IMG/VR virus record: IMGVR_UViG_3300031784_000002
Strand: one strand, 5' to 3'
DNA from: a virus
Taxonomy: Duplodnaviria > Caudoviricetes
Length of the DNA stretch: 64,000 nucleotides
The position numbers and the translations under genes are program-made. Positions 1-10,198 of the stretch are shown piece after piece. Numbering within the stretch: position 1 is the stretch's first letter; the number at the start of each line of letters is the position of its first letter. The notes beneath the pieces were generated by a model. That model was not told the origin of the DNA and searched no databases. It worked only from the letters and a program-made list of their open reading frames with translations.

Positions 1-3000
1 ACATCAAATTTTATTTCTGTAGCTGGAATAATCACCAATGTACCTATTGTTGGATTTACAACTACTTCTTTAGGTAATGTTTATAACTTAGTAAGTATTA
101 CTGGGGTAGCTTCAACTGTATCTTCAGCTTCAACATCTTTCCCAGTTAATGCGACAACTAATGTTATTGTTGGTGACTATGTGAGCGTTGCTAATAGTAC
201 TACTGGTGCTATTTTAGTTAATAGACAACAAATATTAGGATTAGGATCTACTGATGGAACTCCATATTATCTAACAATCAATACTACATCTATTTCAACA
301 ACTGTAAGTATTGGATCAACTATTATTTCAATTGGAAGTACATCTGGAATTACCACAAGTTCATTTATTACCGTATCTGGAATTATCACCAATGCTCAAG
401 TTGTTGGTGTAATTACAACAGGACTCACAACTTCTTATCAAACTTCCGGTTCAACTACCGTAGCTTCTACTGTAGCTACTGGATCAACGGTAATTTCTGT
501 TGCTTCAACTTCTGGAATAGTTGTTGGAAGCGCTATTGACATTACTGGTATATTTGATAAGGTAAGAGTTACTGGTATAGGCCTCACTACAATAACAATT
601 GGCGCAGGAAATACTTACAATAGTACTATATCATCTGGATTGGCTCTAACTTCATTTCTAGTTTCTGAGACTCTAAACTATGCTGCTCTGATTGGATCTG
701 GAAGTACTTCAAATCAAGTTTTACCATCAGGAACATCTGTAAATGTAAATTCATTCATTACTCCATCAATACCTGTAGTAATCATTGGGTCTTCTGTTGG
801 AACTAATTTGGGTATAGGTTTTACTGTAACTTATGAAAGACTAACTACTCCTACTGGACCTGCTATTCTAATTGGATCTGGAAACACTTCAAATCAGTCC
901 ATTCCAGTTGGAACAGCTGTATCATACACATTTTTAAATAATGTAAGGTCAACTATTATTATTGGAACTGGAAATACTTCAACTTCTGTTATTTCTGCGG
1001 GATCTTCTCTTAATATTATAAGACAAGAATCGGTGCAGAGTGATTTAAATATTAATAATTTGAAAGCGGTTGGTATTACAACTATTGAACAATTAGTTCT
1101 TTCTGGTCTAACTTTCCCAACTATTGATGGAGCAAAAGGACAAGTTCTTGCTACCGATGGTGCTGGTAATATTGGATTTACCACTGGTGGTGGAGGAGGA
1201 GGATCTAACGTAATTCTTAGAGTATCTTCTAAGACAGGTAGTGACAGTAATGATGGCAAGATTCTTCCTCTTGCAACTATCAGAAAAGCAACTCAACTTG
1301 CATCTATGGTTGGAGAACCGGTAACTATTCTCGTAGAAACTGGTGAATATGTAGAAGATAACCCAATTATTGTCTATGATGAGGTTTCTATTATTGGAGA
1401 TTCTCTAAGAAATATCGTAGTAAGACCTCAAAATGCTGGTAAGGATTTATTTAAGGTCAGAAATGGTTGTTACCTCACAGGAATGACTTTTAATGATTAT
1501 ATCAATCCTACTACTAAAGTTCCTCAGCACACTTATAATTACTCCATAGCTTTTGACGATCCTTATGATTCATCAATATCTAGAACTGGTTATGCTGCTA
1601 CAGCTATTGTAGATATCACAAATGCTGTCTATACGCCATCAACCGGCATTTTAACTGTTACAACAGCTACACCACACCAATTATATTCTCCAAACAGTGT
1701 AAGACTTTCTGGACTTGCATTTACTTGTGGATATGATGAGGTTGGAGTTAGTACATTTAGATATACTAATACAACTGGTGTTTCAACTTGCACTACAGTA
1801 AATGTACATGGACTATCTACTGGTAGCAAAGTATTTTTAGCAGGTCTTGCATTTACTTGTTCTGCAGAACATGCTGGAGTAACCACCACAATTTTCCCAG
1901 ATGGGACCAGTCAATATGGAAGGATATTTACGGTAACTAGTGTTGGTAGCACCAATACATTTACATTTAATGCCGGAATTTCGACAATTGGACATAATTA
2001 TGTAAGTGGAGGTACTGTACAAAAAGCACTAATTTACCCTGAAGCAAATTCCGATGGAAGAATTGATTTTGGTGTTATCAGTGTAGGTTCTTCAACTACA
2101 TTTACCATTAGAGCTGGAGTTACTACTGTACCACACTATTATACTCAAGATGGTACGGCTAGAATTTCCAAACCAATTATTAATAAATCTCCATACATAC
2201 AAAACTGTTCTATTCTTTCTTTCCTTGGTGGTAATGGTATTCTTGTAGATGGTAATAAGATTGCTAGTCAAAACGAAGCAATCGTTCCCGAACTTGGAGA
2301 AAGACCTACTGCAGGAGAAGGACCGGAATTTGGTAAGTCAATGGTTGCTGCAACCTTTACCATGGTATCTTTTGGTGGTATTGGTTGGAGAACAATTAAC
2401 GATGGATATGCACAGGTTGTTTCTTGTTTCCAAATTTTCTGCCGTTATGCATCCTTAACTCAGTCGGGTGGTTACCTATCAATCACTAACTCCGCTACAA
2501 ACTTTGGAGATTTTTCTCTTAGATCCACAGGTTTCAGTCCAAATGCTTTTGCATTTGATAAGGGACGTATTGCCGCAACTGGCACTAGAGACGGACTTCA
2601 AACACTCAAGGTCATTGGACTTGGTAGAACCGACCAAGATCTTTATGTTTTACAATTCTTAGATAATAATCTTGCCAATAGAACTGGTGATTTCAAACCA
2701 GTTGTAACAAGTCAAGAATTTAACGGTGGTCAAATTAGCACCACAACAAACATTTTCAACATTTCAGGTCACCCATTCAGTAACTTAGATCCAGTTGTAT
2801 ATCTTGGAAATGAAAACGACGCAAATCCACAGTTTATTAGTGGAATGGTTCCAGGAAACCAATATTATGTTTCATATATTGATGCATCTAATTTCTACCT
2901 CTACCAAGATGAAGGTTTAGAAACCATTGTAACTATTGGATCTACATTTGTAGGCATTAATACATTATCTAAAAATAATCAAGAATTTTTTGTAGAAGAA

Positions 3001-6000
3001 ATCTTTGATACTCATGGTTCATACCAAACAGTCAGTCTTGCATCAACTTCAAGTACACTTAAGTTTGTATCTGGAAGACAAATTACTCAAACCGTAACAG
3101 GGGGTAATGCAGTTGGTTATGCACTGACATTTAATTCAACCTCAAGACAACTTGTTGTTTCTGTAGAGGCTGTTGCTGGAGTTAGGAGATTCTTCTCCAC
3201 TGCGGGTGGAAATATTAGTGATCACAATGCATCCCCAGTTTCAATTGGTGTAACTGCTGTTGCTGGAATAACAACATATAAAACGGTAGACTTCAAAGTA
3301 GATTCTACTAATACAGGAACCGTTATTGCTGGTATTAGCACACTTCCAGAAAATTACTACTTACATTTCCATAGACCATCTATTATTAACTCTTCTGGTC
3401 ATACATGGGAATATTCTGGATCTGGAACTGATTACAATGCACTTCCTCAAAATGGTGGTAAAGGTGATGCTGCAACTGAACAGGTTTCAGAACTTGGTGG
3501 TAGAGTATATGCTTCTGGTACTAATGAACTTGGTGACTTTAAGATCGGTGATCAGATTACTGCATTTAACAGAACTGGTAACATTATCTTCAACAACAAA
3601 GTTACAATCGGTCAGTTAGATAGTATTCGTCTTTCACTCTCTGGTGGTGTAGCCGTTGAGGAATTCTCTACAGACGTAAATCTTGGAGAAGGTGAGATTG
3701 GTGGACCACAGAATAAGAGAGTTTCTACTCAACTTGCTGTAAGATCTTTCCTTGGAAATAGACTTGGGACATTCATTGATAAGACGGTATCTGCAAATGC
3801 AGTTCCGAATGCAGTTGTTCAGTTAAATGCTAATGGCCAAATTAACCCAGATCTAATTCCTCCAAAAGTTGTTAATTATAACATTACCAACGTTGGTGGC
3901 GGCAGAACTATGTTATCCAACCAAATTCCATCAATTAATATTCTTCAGGGGGACACTGTTGTTGAGCCGGATGATTCTTATGTACTCGTTAATGATGTTT
4001 TAAGTCAATATCTGGTCTTAGATACTGATGGAAGAGATTATAACTTCAATAATGGTAATGTAGTTACTTCCGCACTTGCTGAAGCAGTTACTGGCGTTGT
4101 TACGGCACCTCCTAGAGGACTTGCAATTGGTGTTGGTACAACTGGGTACGTAGATTATAATTACGTTGGTTATGGAACCACAGGCCTTGTTAAGGGCGTG
4201 ATGTTGGGTGGTATAATTAATGCTGCTGGATCTGGATATAATGTCGCTGGAGTTTATACTGGAGTACAATTACTCACACAGACAGGTGTAGGTACTCAAG
4301 CCACTGCTAATATTACGGTTAGTGCTGGTGGTAGTGTAACGAGTGTAGATATTCATGGTGGTGGTAGGTACTACGCAAGTGGAAACATTGTTTCTGCTGC
4401 GGCTACTGCTTTGGGTGGAAGAACTGGTGGATCTGACTTCCAGTTCACTATTAATGACGTTGAAACTAGACTTTACATTGGTCTTACAAATAATCAAAAG
4501 TTTGCTGGTTCTTCAGCTCTGGCCGATTATATTGCAGATAATGATGCAGCTGGTATTTCTACAGTATTAACTACAAGATATGAAGTAACCTTTACACCTA
4601 CAGATATTTCGGTTGGAGGTAATATTGACTTCATAAATGATAGAATTGTGGTTGGAGCCGGTAACAGTTTTGTTAATGGAGATCCAATCATTTATGACGC
4701 AAATGGTGGTAACATTATTACTGTTGGTGGTCTTGGTATTATTAACTTGTCTACTTACTATGTTAAGGTAGTTGGAGCGGGTACTTCAGTTGAATTACAC
4801 AGAACATATCAGTTAAATGATCCATTAGATCTAACTGGTAGTGGAACAGGTACACACAAACTTGCAAGAGCTGTAGTAAACGTAGAAGAGGATGCTCTCG
4901 TAATAGTTGGTCACGGATATTCAACTGGTACTCCAGTTAGAGTGACTGGATCAACACCAGTTGGAATTGATACTCATGCATTCTACTATGTTGGTTCAAT
5001 AACAACTAACTCATTTACATTCCACGAAACGCAATCTGATGCATTGTCTTCCGTAAATGGAGTAAGTTTCAATACAATTGCAATTGGATCAACTTCTACT
5101 GGTACAATAACTCTAACAAAACAAAACGTAAGATATGCTTCTGTTGTTAATACTTCATCCACAAATCCCAATAACTGGGCTTTACTTGCTAGAGACAGTA
5201 TTGACGCTTCTAACATTGTATCTGGAGTAATTTCACCTACAAGACTAGGAACTGGATCTGCAAACTCAGACACTGTTCTTACCGGTACTTCGGAATATAA
5301 GAAGAATGTCTTCTCAGTGGGCATTGGTACGACTCAACCATTAGGTGTAAGTTCTTATACAAGTGCAGATTTAGCTGCAGGTGGAGTTGGAGTTAACACA
5401 TATTATGGTTCATTAAATTTTACAGTCACTAGAGCTGCTGGATCTGCAGATCTTTATTCAACTCTTGGTGTTGCAAGATTTAAGACCAGTACCTTCTCTG
5501 TAGATACTGATGGTAATGTTCAGATTAAAAATTCACTAACTGGTGATGTTGATGCTGCTACTCTAGGTGGTCAAACCGGTGCTTATTATCTAAACTCACT
5601 AAATCATACTGGCGCTGTTCCTATTACCAGGGGTGGTACTGGTCAAAATGGTGTTCCTGCTGCAGGTGCAATTCTGCAGGGTAATGGAACTGCTTATAAC
5701 TTAACTACTGCTCCAATATTTACAGGTATCACAACCTTCAGTGGCGGCACTGCATCATCTTCAACAACAACTGGACAGGTTGTAATTACTGGTGGTCTTG
5801 GAGTTAGTGGAAATATTAACCTAGGAGGAACCTTAAATGCGGTTTCCAAGTCATTCTTAATTGATCACCCAACAAAACCAGGATACAAACTCCAATATGG
5901 TTCTCTTGAGGGTCCAGAAAATGGAGTATATGTAAGAGGTAAACTTGTTGGTTCGGATACAATTCAACTTCCAGATTACTGGACTGGATTAGTTGATGAA

Positions 6001-6177
6001 GAAACAATTACCGTAACATTAACTCCAATTGGACAAACTCCAGTTCTACATAGTGCAGTAAGTACAAGTATTTCTGAAGTAAAGGTAGCTAGTGCAGGTG
6101 ATATTAACTGTTACTATGTTGTTTACGCAGAAAGAAAGGATACTGAAAAACTTGTTGTAGAATTTGAGGGGGTTTGA
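1..6177 (+). CDS. Giant tail fibre/structural protein, 5'-partial (frame open from base 1; >2050 aa)
   Basis: Frame 1 has no stop from base 1 to the TGA ending at 6177. G/S/T/V-rich repeats, a pectin-lyase/beta-helix-like segment (VSSKTGSDSNDG...TIRKA...GEYVEDNP...IIGDSLR), and a C-terminal KSFLIDHP...LEGPENGVYVRG domain typical of cyanophage fibre termini. Confidence 0.8.
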   Translation, partial: TSNFISVAGIITNVPIVGFTTTSLGNVYNLVSITGVASTVSSASTSFPVNATTNVIVGDYVSVANSTTGAILVNRQQILGLGSTDGTPYYLTINTTSISTTVSIGSTIISIGSTSGITTSSFITVSGIITNAQVVGVITTGLTTSYQTSGSTTVASTVATGSTVISVASTSGIVVGSAIDITGIFDKVRVTGIGLTTITIGAGNTYNSTISSGLALTSFLVSETLNYAALIGSGSTSNQVLPSGTSVNVNSFITPSIPVVIIGSSVGTNLGIGFTVTYERLTTPTGPAILIGSGNTSNQSIPVGTAVSYTFLNNVRSTIIIGTGNTSTSVISAGSSLNIIRQESVQSDLNINNLKAVGITTIEQLVLSGLTFPTIDGAKGQVLATDGAGNIGFTTGGGGGGSNVILRVSSKTGSDSNDGKILPLATIRKATQLASMVGEPVTILVETGEYVEDNPIIVYDEVSIIGDSLRNIVVRPQNAGKDLFKVRNGCYLTGMTFNDYINPTTKVPQHTYNYSIAFDDPYDSSISRTGYAATAIVDITNAVYTPSTGILTVTTATPHQLYSPNSVRLSGLAFTCGYDEVGVSTFRYTNTTGVSTCTTVNVHGLSTGSKVFLAGLAFTCSAEHAGVTTTIFPDGTSQYGRIFTVTSVGSTNTFTFNAGISTIGHNYVSGGTVQKALIYPEANSDGRIDFGVISVGSSTTFTIRAGVTTVPHYYTQDGTARISKPIINKSPYIQNCSILSFLGGNGILVDGNKIASQNEAIVPELGERPTAGEGPEFGKSMVAATFTMVSFGGIGWRTINDGYAQVVSCFQIFCRYASLTQSGGYLSITNSATNFGDFSLRSTGFSPNAFAFDKGRIAATGTRDGLQTLKVIGLGRTDQDLYVLQFLDNNLANRTGDFKPVVTSQEFNGGQISTTTNIFNISGHPFSNLDPVVYLGNENDANPQFISGMVPGNQYYVSYIDASNFYLYQDEGLETIVTIGSTFVGINTLSKNNQEFFVEEIFDTHGSYQTVSLASTSSTLKFVSGRQITQTVTGGNAVGYALTFNSTSRQLVVSVEAVAGVRRFFSTAGGNISDHNASPVSIGVTAVAGITTYKTVDFKVDSTNTGTVIAGISTLPENYYLHFHRPSIINSSGHTWEYSGSGTDYNALPQNGGKGDAATEQVSELGGRVYASGTNELGDFKIGDQITAFNRTGNIIFNNKVTIGQLDSIRLSLSGGVAVEEFSTDVNLGEGEIGGPQNKRVSTQLAVRSFLGNRLGTFIDKTVSANAVPNAVVQLNANGQINPDLIPPKVVNYNITNVGGGRTMLSNQIPSINILQGDTVVEPDDSYVLVNDVLSQYLVLDTDGRDYNFNNGNVVTSALAEAVTGVVTAPPRGLAIGVGTTGYVDYNYVGYGTTGLVKGVMLGGIINAAGSGYNVAGVYTGVQLLTQTGVGTQATANITVSAGGSVTSVDIHGGGRYYASGNIVSAAATALGGRTGGSDFQFTINDVETRLYIGLTNNQKFAGSSALADYIADNDAAGISTVLTTRYEVTFTPTDISVGGNIDFINDRIVVGAGNSFVNGDPIIYDANGGNIITVGGLGIINLSTYYVKVVGAGTSVELHRTYQLNDPLDLTGSGTGTHKLARAVVNVEEDALVIVGHGYSTGTPVRVTGSTPVGIDTHAFYYVGSITTNSFTFHETQSDALSSVNGVSFNTIAIGSTSTGTITLTKQNVRYASVVNTSSTNPNNWALLARDSIDASNIVSGVISPTRLGTGSANSDTVLTGTSEYKKNVFSVGIGTTQPLGVSSYTSADLAAGGVGVNTYYGSLNFTVTRAAGSADLYSTLGVARFKTSTFSVDTDGNVQIKNSLTGDVDAATLGGQTGAYYLNSLNHTGAVPITRGGTGQNGVPAAGAILQGNGTAYNLTTAPIFTGITTFSGGTASSSTTTGQVVITGGLGVSGNINLGGTLNAVSKSFLIDHPTKPGYKLQYGSLEGPENGVYVRGKLVGSDTIQLPDYWTGLVDEETITVTLTPIGQTPVLHSAVSTSISEVKVASAGDINCYYVVYAERKDTEKLVVEFEGV

Positions 6178-6180
6178 TAG

Positions 6181-7626
6181 ATGACAATATCGGTAGGAAG
6201 TTCTTCTTTTATTTCTGATGGATTAATTTTATATTTTAATCCATCAAACCCCAAAAATTACCTATTGAATGAAATTGAGGTTTTATTAATTGGTGGTGGG
6301 GGAGGTGGATCGGAAAATCAATATGATGATGGATCCGGAGGTGGTGGAGGGGGATTTTTACAGAGGGTTACGAATGTCTCTTCATCTACAGCTTATACTA
6401 TTACTGTGGGTAATGGAGGTGGAACTGGTGGAAGTGGATCTGTCGGTGGAAATACCAGTGCTTTTGGGTTAATTGCTTATGGCGGCGGCGGTGGGTCTAG
6501 TCATAGGAGTAGTGGTGGAACTGTTGATGGAGCTAGTGGCGGTGGATCAGGTGGACAATACTCTTCAGATATTCCAGTAGTAGGTAGAGCAATATATGGC
6601 GATCAAGGAAATGATGGTGGTGCAAGTATAACTTATGGTGGAGGAGGTGGAGGAGGTGCGGGCTCTGCAGGACAAGGTTCAATAACTTATGGTCATGGCG
6701 GTTATGGAGGCAAAGGTAGAGCTTCTTCAATATCTGGAACTTTAAGATATTATTCTGGAGGCGGAGGCGGTTTTGGTTATGCTAATTTGGGTAGAGGTGG
6801 AATCGGTGGAGGTGGTTCTACGGGAGTTTCTCCACAAGCGAATAGTGGTGGTGGAGGAGGTGGAGGAAAAACCACCGGAAACAGAGCTACTGGTGGTGCT
6901 CAGGGAGTTGTGATAATTAGATACCCTGGTCCACAAAAAGCAACAGGTGGTAATACTATTACTTATATTGGTGGATATACTATTCATACATTTACTTCAA
7001 CTGGAACGTTTACCACTCTTGGCACACCATCTAATGGTTCTACTGTTTATGGATTGTATGATCTGAGTAATAATTTAAATTCTGCAAATACCTTAGGAGC
7101 GTCTTATGCTCCTACTTACAATATTAGTGCATCGGGAACTTTACTTTTTGATGGATCTGATGATATTATTCAGTTTGATAGATCCCCCATTTTAAGTAAT
7201 TTGAAAGCTTCTTTGGGAGGTGAAGGTTATACTGTTTTAATCTGGGCAAGATCTACGAGTACCACTGGCCAGTGGAGAAAATTAATAGGAAATGATGATG
7301 GCGAGAATTATATTGATCTATACCAAAATCCTAGTGGATATTATCATCAGGAGTGTGGATCAACGTTATATGTTGATGGTACACAAGTATCTCAGGGATC
7401 TTATTATATGCCAAACGCCGGTTATCATTTTTGGGGAGCCACAAATTATAACTCCGGCACACTAAATAATCCCAGTAGAGGATTTGGAATATTTAATGAA
7501 CCAGATAGAGTTAGATCATATCAACTTGCAGGAAATTTGGGAGAAGTTTTTATATTCAATAGAGTATTAACTACAAACGAGATTAATTTAATTTTTAATT
7601 CCACAAAAAGTAGGTATGGACTATAA
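6181..7626 (+). CDS. Adhesin cassette gene A1: Gly-rich domain plus LamG/ConA-like lectin domain
   Basis: VLLIGGGGGG...GVVIIRYP...GGYTIHTFTS Gly-rich module; FDGSDD and LGEVFIFNRVLTTNEI LamG motifs. Confidence 0.75.
   Translation: MTISVGSSSFISDGLILYFNPSNPKNYLLNEIEVLLIGGGGGGSENQYDDGSGGGGGGFLQRVTNVSSSTAYTITVGNGGGTGGSGSVGGNTSAFGLIAYGGGGGSSHRSSGGTVDGASGGGSGGQYSSDIPVVGRAIYGDQGNDGGASITYGGGGGGGAGSAGQGSITYGHGGYGGKGRASSISGTLRYYSGGGGGFGYANLGRGGIGGGGSTGVSPQANSGGGGGGGKTTGNRATGGAQGVVIIRYPGPQKATGGNTITYIGGYTIHTFTSTGTFTTLGTPSNGSTVYGLYDLSNNLNSANTLGASYAPTYNISASGTLLFDGSDDIIQFDRSPILSNLKASLGGEGYTVLIWARSTSTTGQWRKLIGNDDGENYIDLYQNPSGYYHQECGSTLYVDGTQVSQGSYYMPNAGYHFWGATNYNSGTLNNPSRGFGIFNEPDRVRSYQLAGNLGEVFIFNRVLTTNEINLIFNSTKSRYGL
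6919..6999 (+). repeat. 81-bp exact direct repeat, copy 1 (copy 2 at 9491-9571)
   Basis: AGATACCCTGGTCCACAAAAAGC...CATACATTTACTTCA is identical in A1 and A2. Confidence 0.92.
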
Positions 7627-7724
7627 TGGCTAACTCAGATAAAAATATTCTAATAACTCCCAATAAAAATGCCTCTGGTATTCCAGAAATTGCTCTGACT
7701 GGTTTTGGCAATTCTACAATTTCA
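7617..7724 (+). repeat. 108-bp exact direct repeat, copy 1 (copy 2 at 10189-10296)
   Basis: TGGACTATAATGGCTAACTCAG...CAATTCTACAATTTCA spans the A/B junction in cassettes 1 and 2. Confidence 0.92.
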
Positions 7725-8723
7725 GCAAATATTCCAGATTCTAACATTGGTACTTTAAATTTTTCTACAAGTACAAAAAATATTTTTTCAATTGATAGTG
7801 ATCAAAATTCAAATATCCAACTATCTATAGGAAGCACTACATCTGGTAGTTTTTTAGAGCTCAAAAATTTTGGAAATTTAAGTATAAACACTCCAAAAAC
7901 TACAATATATGGAAAGGGGTTGAAATTATCAAAAGTAAAACCAACAACATCTCCTTCCGTTAACGGAAAAATTGCTTACGATTCCGTACAAAAAACTTTG
8001 GTAGTTAGCAATTCAACTACATGGACTTCTTATAGTTCTCCAACTTATGTACAAGATGGACTTATAGTTTACTACGATGCTTCCAGACCAGACTCATATC
8101 CAGGAAGTGGTAGCGTAGTTTACGATATTAGTGGAAGTTCTATTGGATCTGGTGAAATGCATGGAACAATGGGAAATGTTGGGTTTAGTACTGAAAGAGG
8201 TGGAGCCTTAACATTTAATGGATCCAATTCTTATATTGATGTCAATAATAGTAGTGATTTATTGCGAGATTTTTCTGGATATACTGTAGAGTGGTATACC
8301 AAGATAACTACAGCTACTGCATGTGAAATTTTTGGTAATTATGGTCCTTCGTTTACAACTAATTACTTGTGGATTGCAGCAAGATATGGACATTATTTAA
8401 ATGGAGCAAATCCTTATTTTGTTGCAGGACCTTACACTGAGGCTGCTCCTCTTGAACCGGGATACACTTATCATGGAGCGGTGACTAGAGATCCTCAAAC
8501 TAGAAATACGATGTTGTATTTGAATGGATTTTTAAATACAAGTTCTACTGCAGATGCAAGAATAGGAAATGGAATCAATTATAGAATTGGATTGGATGTA
8601 AACTCAAGTACGGCCGAACCTTTTGGTGGTAGTTTATATTTAATCAGAGTCTATAATAGACCTCTTACCCCTAAAGAAATTCAAATAAATTTTGAGTCCG
8701 CAAGGACCAGAGTTGGATTATAA
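7626..8723 (+). CDS. Adhesin cassette gene B1: MANSDKNILITPN N-terminus, fibre-like linker, LamG head
   Basis: TAATG overlap with A1; DGLIVYYDAS...SYPGSG, FNGSNSY and IRVYNRPLT..EI LamG motifs. Confidence 0.75.
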   Translation: MANSDKNILITPNKNASGIPEIALTGFGNSTISANIPDSNIGTLNFSTSTKNIFSIDSDQNSNIQLSIGSTTSGSFLELKNFGNLSINTPKTTIYGKGLKLSKVKPTTSPSVNGKIAYDSVQKTLVVSNSTTWTSYSSPTYVQDGLIVYYDASRPDSYPGSGSVVYDISGSSIGSGEMHGTMGNVGFSTERGGALTFNGSNSYIDVNNSSDLLRDFSGYTVEWYTKITTATACEIFGNYGPSFTTNYLWIAARYGHYLNGANPYFVAGPYTEAAPLEPGYTYHGAVTRDPQTRNTMLYLNGFLNTSSTADARIGNGINYRIGLDVNSSTAEPFGGSLYLIRVYNRPLTPKEIQINFESARTRVGL

Positions 8724-8726
8724 ATA
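8719..8726 (+). promoter_or_regulatory. T4 gp55-type late promoter TATAAATA (cassette 2)
   Basis: Perfect consensus overlapping the B1 stop codon. Confidence 0.8.
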
Positions 8727-8758
8727 TCTTTTATGAAGACTAATAATAGGAAAAAATA

Positions 8759-10198
8759 ATGACCATAAGAGTTGGATCTGGAATAATTAAAGATGGTCTT
8801 ATTTTGCATCTTGATGCAGCTGATCAGTTAAATTATCTACTTTCCGTTGTTGAAGTTCTTGTGGTCGCTGGCGGTGGTGGTGGCGGTGTTTGTTATGGAG
8901 GAGGAGGTGGTGGAGGAGGAGTAGTATATTCAAATTCGTATTCCGTAACACCTGGTACTGGTATAAACGTTTCCATAGGTAATGGTGGAACTAATCAAGT
9001 AAACGTTGTCGGTAATGGTGGCCCTGGAGGCAACTCTTCTTTTGGTAATTTAACTGCTATTGGTGGCGGCTACGGCGGCGGTAATTGTGGTAATGCAGGA
9101 GGTTCTGGGGGATCAGGAGGCGGTGGATCTGGTACAGGGTCTGCAAGAGTATCTGGTGGTACAGGAACTCCTGCGATGGGTTTTGATGGAGAAACTTCTA
9201 TTCCCGCTGGTGGAGGTGGAGGTGGAGGTGCTGGTTCTTTAGGATTTAGAAGAGCTGGCGGGAATGGACTTCCATTTACCATTTCCGGATCTATTCAATA
9301 CTATGGAGGAGGTGGTTCCGGCGGTGGACCAGAGGACATGCCAGGCGGAGCTGGCGGTGGTGGAATGGGGGGCACTGCAGTTGCTTCTGGAAGAGCAGAT
9401 GCGACTCCTAACACTGGCGGTGGAGGTGGAGGTAGTATTATTTCCGGTTCTGGAGTTTCTGGTATAGGTGGATCAGGAATAGTAATTGTAAGATACCCTG
9501 GTCCACAAAAAGCAACAGGTGGTAATACTATTACTTATATTGGTGGATATACTATTCATACATTTACTTCAGCTGGAACATTTACTCCAAATTCTTTACC
9601 ATCAAATAATAGTTCCATCAACGGATTATTTGATTTAACTGGAGATGGTAATACGGCTTTTCAATCTGGGGGAGTAACTTATAATGCAAGTAACTCTGGT
9701 GCATTAAATTTTGATGGGAGTAATGATTTTTTAACTTCTCCAGCATCCTCTTTGTTTTCATTTGGGACAGGGGATTTTACTTTAGAAATTTTGATATATC
9801 CAGAAAGTTTTTCTACTTATACCCATATGATCGCTCTTCCAGATCAAAATACATTTGCACTTAAAGCCAATGCATCTGATGGCCAAATATACTTTTATAG
9901 TCCATCTTATAATACTTTTGGTTCTACTTCGGGTTGGACTTTATCTTTGAATACTTGGAATCATGTAGTTTTTAAAAGAGAATCTTCTATAGGTTATGCT
10001 TTTTTAAATGGTATTTCTAGGGGATCTAAATCTGGATTTATTAACAATTTTACATCACGAGTATTAAATATCCACAATGGATGGCCAAATGAATTTACTC
10101 AATGTAGAATATCAAATGTAATGATATATAATAGATCATTAACTACTTCAGAGATCCAACAAAACTTCAATGCACTCAGAGGGAGGTTTGGACTATAA
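8759..10198 (+). CDS. Adhesin cassette gene A2: Gly-rich plus LamG
   Basis: Paralogue of A1; DGLILHLDAA, VEVLVVAGGGGGG, FDGSND, WNHVVF, IYNRSLT. Confidence 0.75.
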   Translation: MTIRVGSGIIKDGLILHLDAADQLNYLLSVVEVLVVAGGGGGGVCYGGGGGGGGVVYSNSYSVTPGTGINVSIGNGGTNQVNVVGNGGPGGNSSFGNLTAIGGGYGGGNCGNAGGSGGSGGGGSGTGSARVSGGTGTPAMGFDGETSIPAGGGGGGGAGSLGFRRAGGNGLPFTISGSIQYYGGGGSGGGPEDMPGGAGGGGMGGTAVASGRADATPNTGGGGGGSIISGSGVSGIGGSGIVIVRYPGPQKATGGNTITYIGGYTIHTFTSAGTFTPNSLPSNNSSINGLFDLTGDGNTAFQSGGVTYNASNSGALNFDGSNDFLTSPASSLFSFGTGDFTLEILIYPESFSTYTHMIALPDQNTFALKANASDGQIYFYSPSYNTFGSTSGWTLSLNTWNHVVFKRESSIGYAFLNGISRGSKSGFINNFTSRVLNIHNGWPNEFTQCRISNVMIYNRSLTTSEIQQNFNALRGRFGL

